From an uncultured Clostridia bacterium (lineage in GTDB: Bacteria; Bacillota; JAAYKD01; CAYOCI01), in assembly GCA_964402415.1 (NCBI GenBank), contig CAYOCI010000004.1, forward strand, positions 20,346-84,345: a stretch of 64,000 nt of DNA, in the 5' to 3' direction. The notes under the pieces are model-generated. The model was given only the letters and a program-made list of their open reading frames with translations. It searched no databases and was not told the DNA's origin. The translations under genes were made by a program, and so were the position numbers. Numbering within the stretch: the first letter of the stretch is position 1; each line of letters opens with the position of its first letter. Positions 9,741 to 18,768 of the stretch are shown one piece after another.

Positions 9741-9905
9741 GACGACCTAGGGTCGTCCAAACGCATCACAGACCTAATCCACACCTGGTCGGTGTGGATT
9801 TCTCATACATCGCTCCGAACTCCGCAGGTCCCTGCTCAGATCCCCCACTTGTGGACATGTGGACTTGTGTTCTTGTAGACTCTTAACCGACAGGAGGTCT
9901 CCCCC

Positions 9906-10346
9906 ATGCCGACCATATCCACTGCCCGGTTCGGTACCATTGATATCCCTGACGAGGCAATCTACACGTTCCCCGCAGGCATCCCCGGTTTTCCCGATGA
10001 GAAACGCTTCGCCGTTCTCAAGAACGGTCTCGACAATACACAGTTCTCTTGGCTGCAGAGCATTCAGGATGGTAATCTCTCTTTCCTCACCATCGACCCG
10101 AACACAGCCTTCGTTTACTATACAGTCTCGCTCAGCGACGACGATGCCGTTGCACTTCAGGCCGAGTGGCCCCAGCAACTCCAACTGCTCTGCATCGTCA
10201 CCGTCCCCGAAGGCGGCCTGAAGCAGGCGACCGCCAACCTCAAAGCTCCTATAGTCCTCAACCTGGCGACCATGCTCGCAGCCCAAGTCGTCTTGGATAA
10301 CGCGAACTACTCCATCCGTCAACCACTCTTCGGAGAGGGGGCGTAG
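9906..10346 (+). CDS. fliW: Flagellar assembly factor FliW (CsrA antagonist)
   Basis: TARFGTIDI, FPAGIPGF, WLQS, TANLKAPIVLN. Confidence 0.95.
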   Translation: MPTISTARFGTIDIPDEAIYTFPAGIPGFPDEKRFAVLKNGLDNTQFSWLQSIQDGNLSFLTIDPNTAFVYYTVSLSDDDAVALQAEWPQQLQLLCIVTVPEGGLKQATANLKAPIVLNLATMLAAQVVLDNANYSIRQPLFGEGA

Positions 10347-10348
10347 AT

Positions 10349-10585
10349 ATGCTGATCTTGGCACGCAAGAAAGACCAGGTGATCAAGATCGGTGATCAGA
10401 TAACAATCACCGTGATCGAGATCGGCGACGGCTCCGTTCGCCTCGGGATCGATGCCCCGCGCAGCATGCCCATCCACCGTCTGGAGATCTACGAGGCAAT
10501 TGAGCGGGAGAACAAGCAGGCAGCGACTGTCAGCGTTCATTTGGCTGATCTGACCCAAAACGGGCCAATAGTGCGCAAGGGATAA
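10349..10585 (+). CDS. csrA: Carbon storage regulator CsrA
   Basis: MLILARKKDQVIKIGDQITITV...VRLGIDAPRSMPIHRLEIY. Confidence 0.96.
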   Translation: MLILARKKDQVIKIGDQITITVIEIGDGSVRLGIDAPRSMPIHRLEIYEAIERENKQAATVSVHLADLTQNGPIVRKG

Positions 10586-10647
10586 CAGAGCTGACTCATC
10601 TCCCCTGTTAGTCTGCTCTCATACTCACCGGTGCCTTGGTGACTCAA

Positions 10648-10673
10648 AGAACCGCCTTACAGGCGGTTTTTTG
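10648..10673 (+). terminator. Intrinsic terminator after csrA
   Basis: aaccgcc-ttaca-ggcggtt followed by a T run. Confidence 0.75.
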
Positions 10674-10684
10674 TCGCTTCATGC

Positions 10685-10712
10685 TAAAGCTCCTCGAACC
10701 GTCTTCCGATAA
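10685..10712 (+). promoter_or_regulatory. Sigma-28 promoter for flagellin
   Basis: TAAA-N16-TCCGATAA about 115 nt upstream of the flagellin ATG. Confidence 0.8.
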
Positions 10713-10825
10713 CAGGAGTGAGGACAAACCAGACCTTCCAGTTGTGGCCACCTGGATGCGATGGGGCGTCGAAAAACCCTGGGCAAGGATGCCAAGGGAT
10801 AAGCAAATATCAAGGAGGAACAACC

Positions 10826-12508
10826 ATGCGGATTAACAACAACATCTCCGCCCTCAACACCTGGAGAGGCCTTAGCCAGACCGACTCCGCCATGAGCAAG
10901 TCGCTTGAGAAACTCTCTTCTGGTCTCCGTATCAACCGTGCCGGTGACGATGCCGCCGGTCTAGCCATCTCCGAAAAAATGCGCGGCCAGATCAAGGGTT
11001 TGAACCAGGCCACCCGGAACGCCCAGGACGGGATCTCCATGATCCAGACCGCTGAGGGTGCGCTTAACGAGACTCATAGTATTCTGCAGCGTATGCGGGA
11101 GCTGGGAGTTCAGGCTTCGAATGACACCAATACTGAGGCTGATCGTGCTGAGATCCAGAAGGAGATGAACCAGCTCACATCCGAGGTCAATCGTATCGGC
11201 AATACCACCGACTTCAACACCAAGAAGCTGCTGAACGGTGGAGATTTCGGCACAGCAGAAGCTAGCGGCACCAAACTGACGGGTGGCGTCGATGCGGCGG
11301 CTGCCACTCAAGCAGTCTACACTATAGACTTGAGTGCCCAAATCACCGCCGCCACCAGCCTCAACCTGAAATTTGGGACCACAGACATCGATATCGCTAT
11401 CACAGATCTCGACAACGTCGTCAACGGTACCACGATTGGCATTCAGAGTAACGCTAGCCAGTCAGACGACGCTGACGACATTGTTACTGCACTCAACGCG
11501 GCTCTGACTACGGCGGGCCTAAATACCAGCTGGGTGGCAGCCAAAAACGGAAGCAACGATGTAACGATCACCGCTCAGGGCCTTGGGGCAGCAGGAAATG
11601 CTGTGGTCTCTAACGACGGTTCAGTCATTGATACCCTAACCAGCGTCGGTCAAACCACTACGGGTGTGGATGCAGTTGTAGCTAAGGCAGCGACAGGTTC
11701 CATCTCCTTCTCCAACAACCTGCTGGGCAGCGGCTCTACGATCAACATTGGCGATGCCACCTATCAGCTCTACAACAGCACCAAAGGTGATGCCACTCCC
11801 ACTGGAGCTACCGCGATCGATATCAAGGACATGAAGACCAATGAGGACCTGATCGACGCGATAGTCGCCTCAGGGACACAGCCCACGGGCGTGACACTGT
11901 CAAAAAACGGAACTAACACTCTGCAGGCTACAGCCAGCGCCACCGGAGTTGGCGGCAATGCCTTCGCCCTGTCCGTCAACCCCAAAGGCGGATCAAATGA
12001 CATTTTCACTGCTGACTTCCAGATTGGCGCCAACAAAGGTCAGAGCATGACCATCAACGTGAACGACATGCGTGCTAGCGCCCTGGGAATTAGCAGCCTG
12101 TCCGGTACTTCGAACTCCGTTACGATTAACGGCAAGACCTTTGAGGTTGCTTGGGCTACGTCAAAGGGAGTAACCGATGGAACCAACAACACCAGCATCG
12201 AGGCCGGGTTAAGCGTGTCGTCCCATACGGATGCTGCCAAGGCTGTTGAAGTCCTTGACGCGGCAATCGCCAGTGTTTCCACGGAGCGCTCCAGACTAGG
12301 TGCTTACCAGAACCGTCTCGAGCATACCATCAACAACCTTGGAACATCGGCTGAGAACCTCACCGCTGCCGAGTCCCGCATCCGTGACGTTGACATGGCT
12401 GCTGAGATGATGAATATGACCCGTCAGAACATCCTCAGCCAGGCTGGTACCGCCATGATGGCTCAGGCTAACCAACGTCCACAAGCAATCCTGCAGCTCC
12501 TCCGCTAG
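10826..12508 (+). CDS. fliC: Flagellin (560 aa)
   Basis: MRINNNISAL, LSSGLRINRAGDDAAGLAISEKMRGQI, RSRLGAYQNRLEH, ESRIRDVDMA; AAGGAGG RBS. Confidence 0.98.
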   Translation: MRINNNISALNTWRGLSQTDSAMSKSLEKLSSGLRINRAGDDAAGLAISEKMRGQIKGLNQATRNAQDGISMIQTAEGALNETHSILQRMRELGVQASNDTNTEADRAEIQKEMNQLTSEVNRIGNTTDFNTKKLLNGGDFGTAEASGTKLTGGVDAAAATQAVYTIDLSAQITAATSLNLKFGTTDIDIAITDLDNVVNGTTIGIQSNASQSDDADDIVTALNAALTTAGLNTSWVAAKNGSNDVTITAQGLGAAGNAVVSNDGSVIDTLTSVGQTTTGVDAVVAKAATGSISFSNNLLGSGSTINIGDATYQLYNSTKGDATPTGATAIDIKDMKTNEDLIDAIVASGTQPTGVTLSKNGTNTLQATASATGVGGNAFALSVNPKGGSNDIFTADFQIGANKGQSMTINVNDMRASALGISSLSGTSNSVTINGKTFEVAWATSKGVTDGTNNTSIEAGLSVSSHTDAAKAVEVLDAAIASVSTERSRLGAYQNRLEHTINNLGTSAENLTAAESRIRDVDMAAEMMNMTRQNILSQAGTAMMAQANQRPQAILQLLR

Positions 12509-12518
12509 TTCTTCAACT

Positions 12519-12548
12519 GGAGCCGGTCATATGGCCGGCTCCATCTTT
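12519..12548 (+). terminator. Intrinsic terminator after flagellin
   Basis: ggagccggtcat/atggccggctcc hairpin followed by atcttt. Confidence 0.65.
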
Positions 12549-12573
12549 AACTTCACCCGAGGAGGCGAAGTAG

Positions 12574-12966
12574 ATGGGACGTATTGGAGAGATCAGTGGG
12601 ATTGGCCCCGCGGTTCGCGAGACGTTTCAGCCGATCACATCTCAAGCTCGGCTTACGGAAGTGTCAATGCAGTCGCCAGGCGCCGTTGAGCCTGATCAGA
12701 ACTCGACGCAACAGCAGTCACGCACCAACGAACGTCCGGCCAGTCCTGAGGAACTCAAACGTGCGTTGGACGAGGTTAACAAGTCCATCAAGACCATGAA
12801 TGAAAGGTTACAGTTCAGGGTCCACGAGGCGACCAACGTCATCATGGTCAAGGTGGTAGATACTTACACTAATGAGGTGATCAAAGAGATCCCTCCAGAA
12901 AAGTTCCTCGATATGGTGGCGAAACTTCAAGAGCTCGTTGGAATTCTGGTAGACCATAAGATATGA
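12574..12966 (+). CDS. flaG: FlaG family protein
   Basis: LQFRVHEATNVIMVKVVDTYTNEVIKEIPPEKFLDMVAKLQELVGILVDHKI. Confidence 0.93.
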   Translation: MGRIGEISGIGPAVRETFQPITSQARLTEVSMQSPGAVEPDQNSTQQQSRTNERPASPEELKRALDEVNKSIKTMNERLQFRVHEATNVIMVKVVDTYTNEVIKEIPPEKFLDMVAKLQELVGILVDHKI

Positions 12967-12981
12967 GGGAGTTGAGTCAAG

Positions 12982-14832
12982 ATGTCCATGTCAGTCAGAG
13001 GCATTGCCAGTGGGCTTGATGTCGATAGTATCATCAGTCAACTGATCGCGCTGGAGCGTAAGCCAATCACCCTGCTGCAAACCAAGCAACAGCGTTTGGA
13101 GACCCAGCAGAGTGCCTGGCGCGACGTGAACACTCGACTGAAAAGTTTGGACTCCACACTCTCCAGCCTGAAGCTGGAGTCTACCTACTTAGCCAAGAAG
13201 GCATCCACCGGCGACAACAAGGTCCTAACTGCCAGTGCGACCACCCAGGCTATGGCGGGTACCTATGATATCGTCATTGAGAGCCTGGCTACCGTTCCTA
13301 CATACACTAGATTCAGTCGTCTCGCGGTCGAGGACCCGGCTAAGGATCTAGCGATTACCGGCTCCGTCACCATTGCCTCGGGAGATACCACCTGGAAGGT
13401 GGATGTCAAGTCCGACTACTCCCTAACCGAGATCGCCGATGCCATCAACCGCACCAAGGACGCCGATGGTAAGGCCATTACCGTCAGAGCAGCTGTCGTG
13501 GATAAGAAGCTGGTCTTAACTAGCACTGGCAAGGACTTCACTGCCACCTTTACTGATGGGCCAGGCACCGTGAACAAGTTTGACAAGATCCTCGGTCCCA
13601 GAGTTGACGGTGCCTATACCTTCGACAGCAACACCCCTGCCACAGCGACCAAAGCGGTGATCCATATCAATGGCATGCGGGTGGAGTCGGATACCAATAC
13701 CGTCACCGCCATCCCCGGGGTCACGCTCAACCTGCTGGCAGCATCGGAAGGAAAGGCGATCAAGGTCAACGTTGAGTCCGACACCAGCGTCGTCACCAAG
13801 GCGATGCAAGGGGTAGTTGATCAGTACAACTCGGTGATGGAGTTCATCAACACCAAGCTTGAGAAAGAAAAAGGCGACCTGCGTGGCGACAGTACACTCA
13901 TGCGCCTGCAATCGTCACTTCGCCAGATGATGACCAGCCGGTCATCCTATACACAGGGCAAGTACCTGACACTGGGCGATATTGGCATCTCCACGGCCAA
14001 ATGGGACAAGGATAGCCCTGACTATAGTGGCAAGTTGACGCTGGATACAGGCAAATTGGAGGCCGCCCTGAAGGAGAGCTCCTTAGCGATTAAGGATATA
14101 CTTTTCAAACAGACCAATATGGTTACCCAGTCAGGTGTTACCGCGAGTGGTCAGAGCTCCATGCCGGGGTACGATGCGGCGGACGTGGTCAATGGAGTCA
14201 AAGACTCATCGCTCTGGTTGAGCGGCAATGGGTGGCGTAGCTTGGACCTGTCGAGCCCACGGACGCTGACTATAGACCTTGGCACCAGCCGAACCCTTGA
14301 CACGGTCAAGCTCTTCACGCTCAATTCGACAGAAAACCCAGCCGACAGGTTCGGTGTCAAAGAGTACGATCTCTATGCCTACTTCAGCGATAATCCCACC
14401 GAGCGTAAGTTGGTTGGTGCCGTTAAAGATAACAAACTCGGTGAGATTACTCACTCGCTTGGCAACCGCAAGGTGGATAAGCTAGAATTTGAATTCAAGG
14501 CCAGCAATGACGTGACACCGCCGGGCTTTGCCCGGATAGTGGAGGTGGAGGCGTATTCGAACTCTGGAGCGTTTCACAACCTTGACACCTATCTGAATGG
14601 CTTCATCCGCTCAGGCGATGGCATTCTAGCCGAAAAGCAGAAATCGTACACCAACGAGCTAGACGATATCAAGGATCAGATTGAACGAATGGAAGACCGC
14701 TTGGTCAGACGCGAGGAGATGCTCGTCCGCCAGTACACCGCTTTGGAGAAGGCGCTCGGGTCCATGCAGAACCAGGGCAATTGGCTGAGCAGCCAGATCG
14801 GGTCCTTGCCGAAATATAACACAGGGGAGTAG
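12982..14832 (+). CDS. fliD: Flagellar filament cap protein FliD with an inserted discoidin/F5/8-type-C-like domain
   Basis: GIASGLDVDSIISQLIALER N-terminus, NTVTAIPGVTLNL, DLRGDSTL, C-terminal QYTALEKALGSMQNQ; insertion at about 14110-14560. Confidence 0.93.
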   Translation: MSMSVRGIASGLDVDSIISQLIALERKPITLLQTKQQRLETQQSAWRDVNTRLKSLDSTLSSLKLESTYLAKKASTGDNKVLTASATTQAMAGTYDIVIESLATVPTYTRFSRLAVEDPAKDLAITGSVTIASGDTTWKVDVKSDYSLTEIADAINRTKDADGKAITVRAAVVDKKLVLTSTGKDFTATFTDGPGTVNKFDKILGPRVDGAYTFDSNTPATATKAVIHINGMRVESDTNTVTAIPGVTLNLLAASEGKAIKVNVESDTSVVTKAMQGVVDQYNSVMEFINTKLEKEKGDLRGDSTLMRLQSSLRQMMTSRSSYTQGKYLTLGDIGISTAKWDKDSPDYSGKLTLDTGKLEAALKESSLAIKDILFKQTNMVTQSGVTASGQSSMPGYDAADVVNGVKDSSLWLSGNGWRSLDLSSPRTLTIDLGTSRTLDTVKLFTLNSTENPADRFGVKEYDLYAYFSDNPTERKLVGAVKDNKLGEITHSLGNRKVDKLEFEFKASNDVTPPGFARIVEVEAYSNSGAFHNLDTYLNGFIRSGDGILAEKQKSYTNELDDIKDQIERMEDRLVRREEMLVRQYTALEKALGSMQNQGNWLSSQIGSLPKYNTGE

Positions 14833-14841
14833 TGAGAGCAG

Positions 14842-15255
14842 ATGGCAGCACTTCCTAACCCATACAGCCAATATCGTCAGACCCAGGTCCAGACCGCTAG
14901 CGCCGAGCAACTGGTCCTGATGCTCTATGATGGGGCGATTAGGTTCAGCCTCAAGGCGGGCGACTGCATCGCTCGCAAGGATATGACCGAGGCGAACAAT
15001 GCTCTCATCCGTGTGCAGGAGATCATTGATGAACTCATGATTGGTGTCAACCCCCAGGCTGGCCAGATCGCTGAGCAGCTAACCCTGATGTATGACTACC
15101 TCCAGCGCCGTGCCACTGAGGCGAATCTCAAGAAGGACCCTGCCGTCGTCCAAGAGTTGCTCCGCTTCTTTCGCGAGATGCGCAGCACCTGGGCTGAGGC
15201 CATCGCTCTAGCACGACATCAGGTCAGCGGAGGCCAGACCAATGGTCGGGTCTAG
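14842..15255 (+). CDS. fliS: Flagellar export chaperone FliS
   Basis: YRQTQVQTASAEQLVLMLYDGAIRF, LTLMYDYL. Confidence 0.96.
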   Translation: MAALPNPYSQYRQTQVQTASAEQLVLMLYDGAIRFSLKAGDCIARKDMTEANNALIRVQEIIDELMIGVNPQAGQIAEQLTLMYDYLQRRATEANLKKDPAVVQELLRFFREMRSTWAEAIALARHQVSGGQTNGRV

Positions 15256-15724
15256 ATCCGATGAGGTGATCAAGGCCTATGCCGTTCAGATCCCGTTGTA
15301 CCAGAAGATGCTTGCTCTCTCCCAGGAGCAGGGCAAGTGCCTACAGCAGGGGAACTACCCCATACTCGAAGAGATCGCTGAGCAGTGTCTGCGCCTGCAG
15401 GACGAGATCAGTGAGCTAAGCACCCAGGCGCATAGCTTGGTCTCAGAGCTCAGTGCCGAGCTTGGACTGTCGGAGTTTAACCTCAGCGCGCTGAGGGGTA
15501 AGCTCCCTCAAACCCAGATCTCACTTCTCGCCACGGCCTTCGAACGGATTGCCTCTACCATCACCGCCATCCAAGCCCAGGACGAGGCCAACATGATGGC
15601 GATCAAAGGCCAGATGGAGGGGGTCCGCGGCCAGTTTGGCGAGATGGACCGCGCCCGCCAAGCCGTCCGCGCCTACAACCCAGTTATGCCCACCACCGCA
15701 CGCTTCATCGACAAGAAGAAATAG
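15242..15724 (+). CDS. FliT/FlgN-like flagellar chaperone
   Basis: Helical 160 aa after fliS, ending AVRAYNP...ARFIDKKK. Confidence 0.65.
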   Translation: MVGSRSDEVIKAYAVQIPLYQKMLALSQEQGKCLQQGNYPILEEIAEQCLRLQDEISELSTQAHSLVSELSAELGLSEFNLSALRGKLPQTQISLLATAFERIASTITAIQAQDEANMMAIKGQMEGVRGQFGEMDRARQAVRAYNPVMPTTARFIDKKK

Positions 15725-15857
15725 CCGCCCCGCTCGGGGTGGCTATTCGCATCATATGGGGTCTGACCCCAGTTGTTCGGTCTTCCTGCTCCCCAAGGCC
15801 TCACCTGATGGCTGATGCCTTCGGCCTTTACAAATGTGTGAATTATGTGCCAACCTC

Positions 15858-15885
15858 TTGTCAGTTTCGGTTCGTGTGCTATAAT
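15858..15885 (+). promoter_or_regulatory. SigA-type promoter
   Basis: TTGTCA-N16-TATAAT with an extended -10 TG. Confidence 0.7.
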
Positions 15886-16049
15886 GAAGTCAAACAAATT
15901 GCACTAGCCAGCTAATGAGCGGATGATCTGGTCGGTTGAACTGGACCTCTGGGATGGGTTCTCCTGGTCTCAAGCCCGATTTTCATCGCCCTCTGACCCG
16001 CCCGATTGGTGAAGCAAGGTGTTACAGATTGAAGTGAGGGGATCCGGAG

Positions 16050-16337
16050 ATGTACGAGGACAAGGTCATCAAGTGTAAAGACTGCGGTAACGAGTTCGTC
16101 TTCAGCGCTGGTGAGCAGGAATTCTACGCTAGCAAGGGCTTCACCAATGAGCCCACACGCTGCCGTGACTGCCGTGCCGTGCGTCGTGCCCAGAGTGGTG
16201 AGGGTCAGCCTCAGCGCGAGATGTATGATGCCGTCTGCGCCGAATGTGGTAAAGAAACGAAGGTGCCCTTTAGGCCACGCAATGATCGGCCGATCTACTG
16301 TTACGACTGCTTCCAAAAGCAGAGACAAGGCCAGTGA
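16050..16337 (+). CDS. Zinc-ribbon / CxxC-x17-CxxC domain protein
   Basis: MYEDKVIKCKDCGNEFVFSAGEQEFYASKGFTNEPTRCRDCR; AVCAECGKETKVPFRPRNDRPIYCYDCF. Confidence 0.9.
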   Translation: MYEDKVIKCKDCGNEFVFSAGEQEFYASKGFTNEPTRCRDCRAVRRAQSGEGQPQREMYDAVCAECGKETKVPFRPRNDRPIYCYDCFQKQRQGQ

Positions 16338-16342
16338 TTGAC

Positions 16343-16372
16343 CTGCCCAGACTTCGGTCTGGGCTTTTGTTT
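16343..16372 (+). terminator. Intrinsic terminator
   Basis: gcccagac-ttcg-gtctgggc followed by ttttgttt. Confidence 0.8.
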
Positions 16373-16577
16373 ACCCTGTGATTATGTGGAAAGGGGGGAT
16401 TAAGGTCGAAGCAAGACGAATAGACTAATGATGCAGGGGCGCCGCTCAGCTGCGCCCGCGTCCGTAGCCCCTGGTCCCTAGTGGGTAATGGGATGCGGAC
16501 GGAGTTCCAGCAAGATCTATTACAAGAGTCACCGCCACGACAGAGATACGGGCGGTGCGGAAGGAGCTGAGTTGGTC

Positions 16578-17096
16578 ATGGAAGTTACCGTCAAAGGTAA
16601 GAATGTCCAGATCACTGACGCCATTCGCGATCATGCGAAGAGAAAGCTCAGCAAGTTTGACAAGTATTTTGACGTGACCCCTGAGGCCACAGTCACCTGT
16701 TCTGTGGAGAAGGAGCGCCATACCGCTGAGGTGACCATGCTGGCCGGTGGGCTCGTTATACGAGGTGAAGAAACCACCTCCGACCTGTATGCGTCGATCG
16801 ATATGGTGGTTGACATAATTGACAAACAGATCAATAAGAACAAGACCCGGCTAGGGCGACGCATCCGCCAAGAGATGGTGCCCAATGGTGTCAGCCACGA
16901 TCGCGGCGAAGAACCCAGGGTTGTTCGCAGTAAGAAGTTTGCCCTGAAACCCATGGCTGTCGATGAGGCGATCTTGCAGATGAACCTGGTTGGTCACGAT
17001 TTCTTCGTCTTCTCCAACGCCGAGACCGAGGAGGTCAATGTCGTCTACAGACGCCGCGATGGCAACTACGGGTTGATCGAGCCGGGCGAGGATTGA
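16578..17096 (+). CDS. hpf: Ribosome hibernation promoting factor (long HPF/RaiA)
   Basis: MEVTVKGKNVQITDAIRDHAKRKLSKFDKYF, DLYASID, KPMAVDEAILQMNLVGHDFFVF, VVYRRRDGNYGLIEP. Confidence 0.96.
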   Translation: MEVTVKGKNVQITDAIRDHAKRKLSKFDKYFDVTPEATVTCSVEKERHTAEVTMLAGGLVIRGEETTSDLYASIDMVVDIIDKQINKNKTRLGRRIRQEMVPNGVSHDRGEEPRVVRSKKFALKPMAVDEAILQMNLVGHDFFVFSNAETEEVNVVYRRRDGNYGLIEPGED

Positions 17097-17098
17097 GA

Positions 17099-17373
17099 GA
17101 GTCCTCGCCCCTCGTAGGGGTACGTAGGGACTAATACGCACGCAGAAGTCCGTCCACCGTTTTGGTGGGCGGTCTTTTTTGTGCGTAAGTAAAGGATTGG
17201 TGCCAATCGCAGAGAATATGGGAAACGACAAGAATCTAGGCATCAGTCGAGCAAACGCCGTATTCGTTCCACGTCCCCACTCGCGTCAGATTACCCGGGC
17301 GCTGCATGGCGGCGCCCGCAATCGAGGCCTTCTTTGATTGACTCACGAGGGGCGAGGGACGAGGGGCGAGGGT
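17099..17373. repeat. Inverted CCCTCG/CGAGGG heptamer pair enclosing the hpf terminator
   Basis: gtcctcgcccctcg at about 17101-17114 and cacgaggggcgagggacgaggggcgaggg at about 17344-17372; terminator gtccgtccacc...ggtgggcggtcttttt at about 17146-17180. Confidence 0.75.
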
Positions 17374-17398
17374 CTTACACAGAACGGAGTTGACGCAT

Positions 17399-18514
17399 AT
17401 GCTAACGGCCATAATCTTCGAAGGAGGCGGGGCTAAGAGCCTCGTCGAGCAGCAGTTGTTGAGTGTACGCAAGGCAGTGGCCTTGGACAATATGGAGAAA
17501 CTGGTGCGTCTACCGCAGTATGAACGGGTCATCCTCTGCACCAACTACCCCGACCTAGCCGAGCAGGCTCGCGAACTGGGGGTGGTGGTCGAGGATACGA
17601 CGCAGGGAGCATTCCATTTCGGCGAAGCTCTGCAGGATCTTATCCGCCGTTACGGGATCAAGAAGGCGCTCTACTTTGGCGGAGCCAGTTCGCCTCTGCT
17701 CACTGAAGGTGAGTTCGCTCGCATCGCCGAGAAGGTGATGGCGTCTGATCAGATCGTCTACACCAACAATGTCCAGTCCGCCGATATCGTCGCTTGGTCA
17801 CCCGCAGAGGCGATCCTGACCATCGAGCCTCCGGTAATGGACAATGTCCTGGCCGGTGAACTGCGCTATCAAGCGGGGCTGCCGCAGGTGTTGATGCCCC
17901 ATTCGGTGGGGATCCATTTCGATATCGATACCCCGACCGAGCTGCTGTTTCTTAAGGTTTTGCCGGGAGTGGGACCACGGACCAAGGCTGCGCTGGACGC
18001 GCTAGACCTTGACGTTGCGCCATTGCTGCGGGCGAAGGCTGTCCTGGCCAGCAAGAGTTACGCCGAGACGTTCATTTACGGGCGGGTGGGGGCGCCGATC
18101 ATTGCCCACCTGAACTCCAACCTGGCGCTTCGTTTGCGGGTCTACTCTGAGGAACGCGGCATGAAGGCGCTGGGGAGGATTGAGAAAGGGCAGGTCACCT
18201 CGTTCATCGGCGACTATATCGAGCACCTTGGGATCGAGGCTTTCTTCAGCTATCTGACCAAGGTCTGCCAGGTGGCCTTTGTCGATACGCGCGTGATCTT
18301 CTCACACTTCAAGCTGAATCCCAGTGAGTCGGACCGGTTCAACTCCGACCTCGGCAACTGGCAACTGATCCAGGATCCGTTCATCCGTGAATTCACCAAG
18401 CGAGCGGTCGAGGCGTCGATTCCGGTCATCCTCGGTGGCCACACGCTGGTGCTGGGTGGGTTATGGGCGTTGGTCGATACGATCAAGCGGGAGCGGGGGG
18501 AGGCCATTCGTTAG
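17399..18514 (+). CDS. Hypothetical protein, possible CofC/nucleotidyltransferase-like fold
   Basis: Long ORF with GGAG RBS; VILCTNYPDL, GASSPLL, FDIDTPTEL resemble NTP-transferase/GT-A motifs. Confidence 0.6.
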   Translation: MLTAIIFEGGGAKSLVEQQLLSVRKAVALDNMEKLVRLPQYERVILCTNYPDLAEQARELGVVVEDTTQGAFHFGEALQDLIRRYGIKKALYFGGASSPLLTEGEFARIAEKVMASDQIVYTNNVQSADIVAWSPAEAILTIEPPVMDNVLAGELRYQAGLPQVLMPHSVGIHFDIDTPTELLFLKVLPGVGPRTKAALDALDLDVAPLLRAKAVLASKSYAETFIYGRVGAPIIAHLNSNLALRLRVYSEERGMKALGRIEKGQVTSFIGDYIEHLGIEAFFSYLTKVCQVAFVDTRVIFSHFKLNPSESDRFNSDLGNWQLIQDPFIREFTKRAVEASIPVILGGHTLVLGGLWALVDTIKRERGEAIR

Positions 18515-18632
18515 CGCGAAGCGCGGCCGAATGGAGTCCACAGGAACACAAGTCCACGAGTCCACAGCAGATATGGCGACGAAAGAACAAGGAATCAGGT
18601 AACAACGGGGTCAAACCCCGTTGTTACCTAAC

Positions 18633-18703
18633 GGGCGCAGCATGGCGGCGCCCCTACGTGGGTTACGGACCTTGCGTGTAGGGGCCCTAAACGTGTTGCG
18701 CCC
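18633..18703. repeat. REP doublet, family B
   Basis: gggcgcagcatggcggcgcccctac...gtaggggccctaaacgtgttgcgccc; related copies at 7878-7902, 16434-16458, 26583-26655 and 43801-43871. Confidence 0.8.
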
Positions 18704-18768
18704 ATGTTTCGTTTCTGTCGGTTGGTGTCGCTCTTTTATGTTTCCCCTAGGAAGGGAAATGGCGGAGC

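Noticed and set aside
9536-9886. Short ORFs made of repeat or REP sequence (also 24182-24640, 26546-26881, 34093-34389, 48892-49310, 57898-58225)
   Set aside because: Translations derive from palindromes and microsatellites, with no RBS or recognisable domain.
16340-16577. raiA motif RNA upstream of hpf
   Set aside because: The region holds a terminator and a REP-like copy; I could not find the conserved raiA-motif segments.
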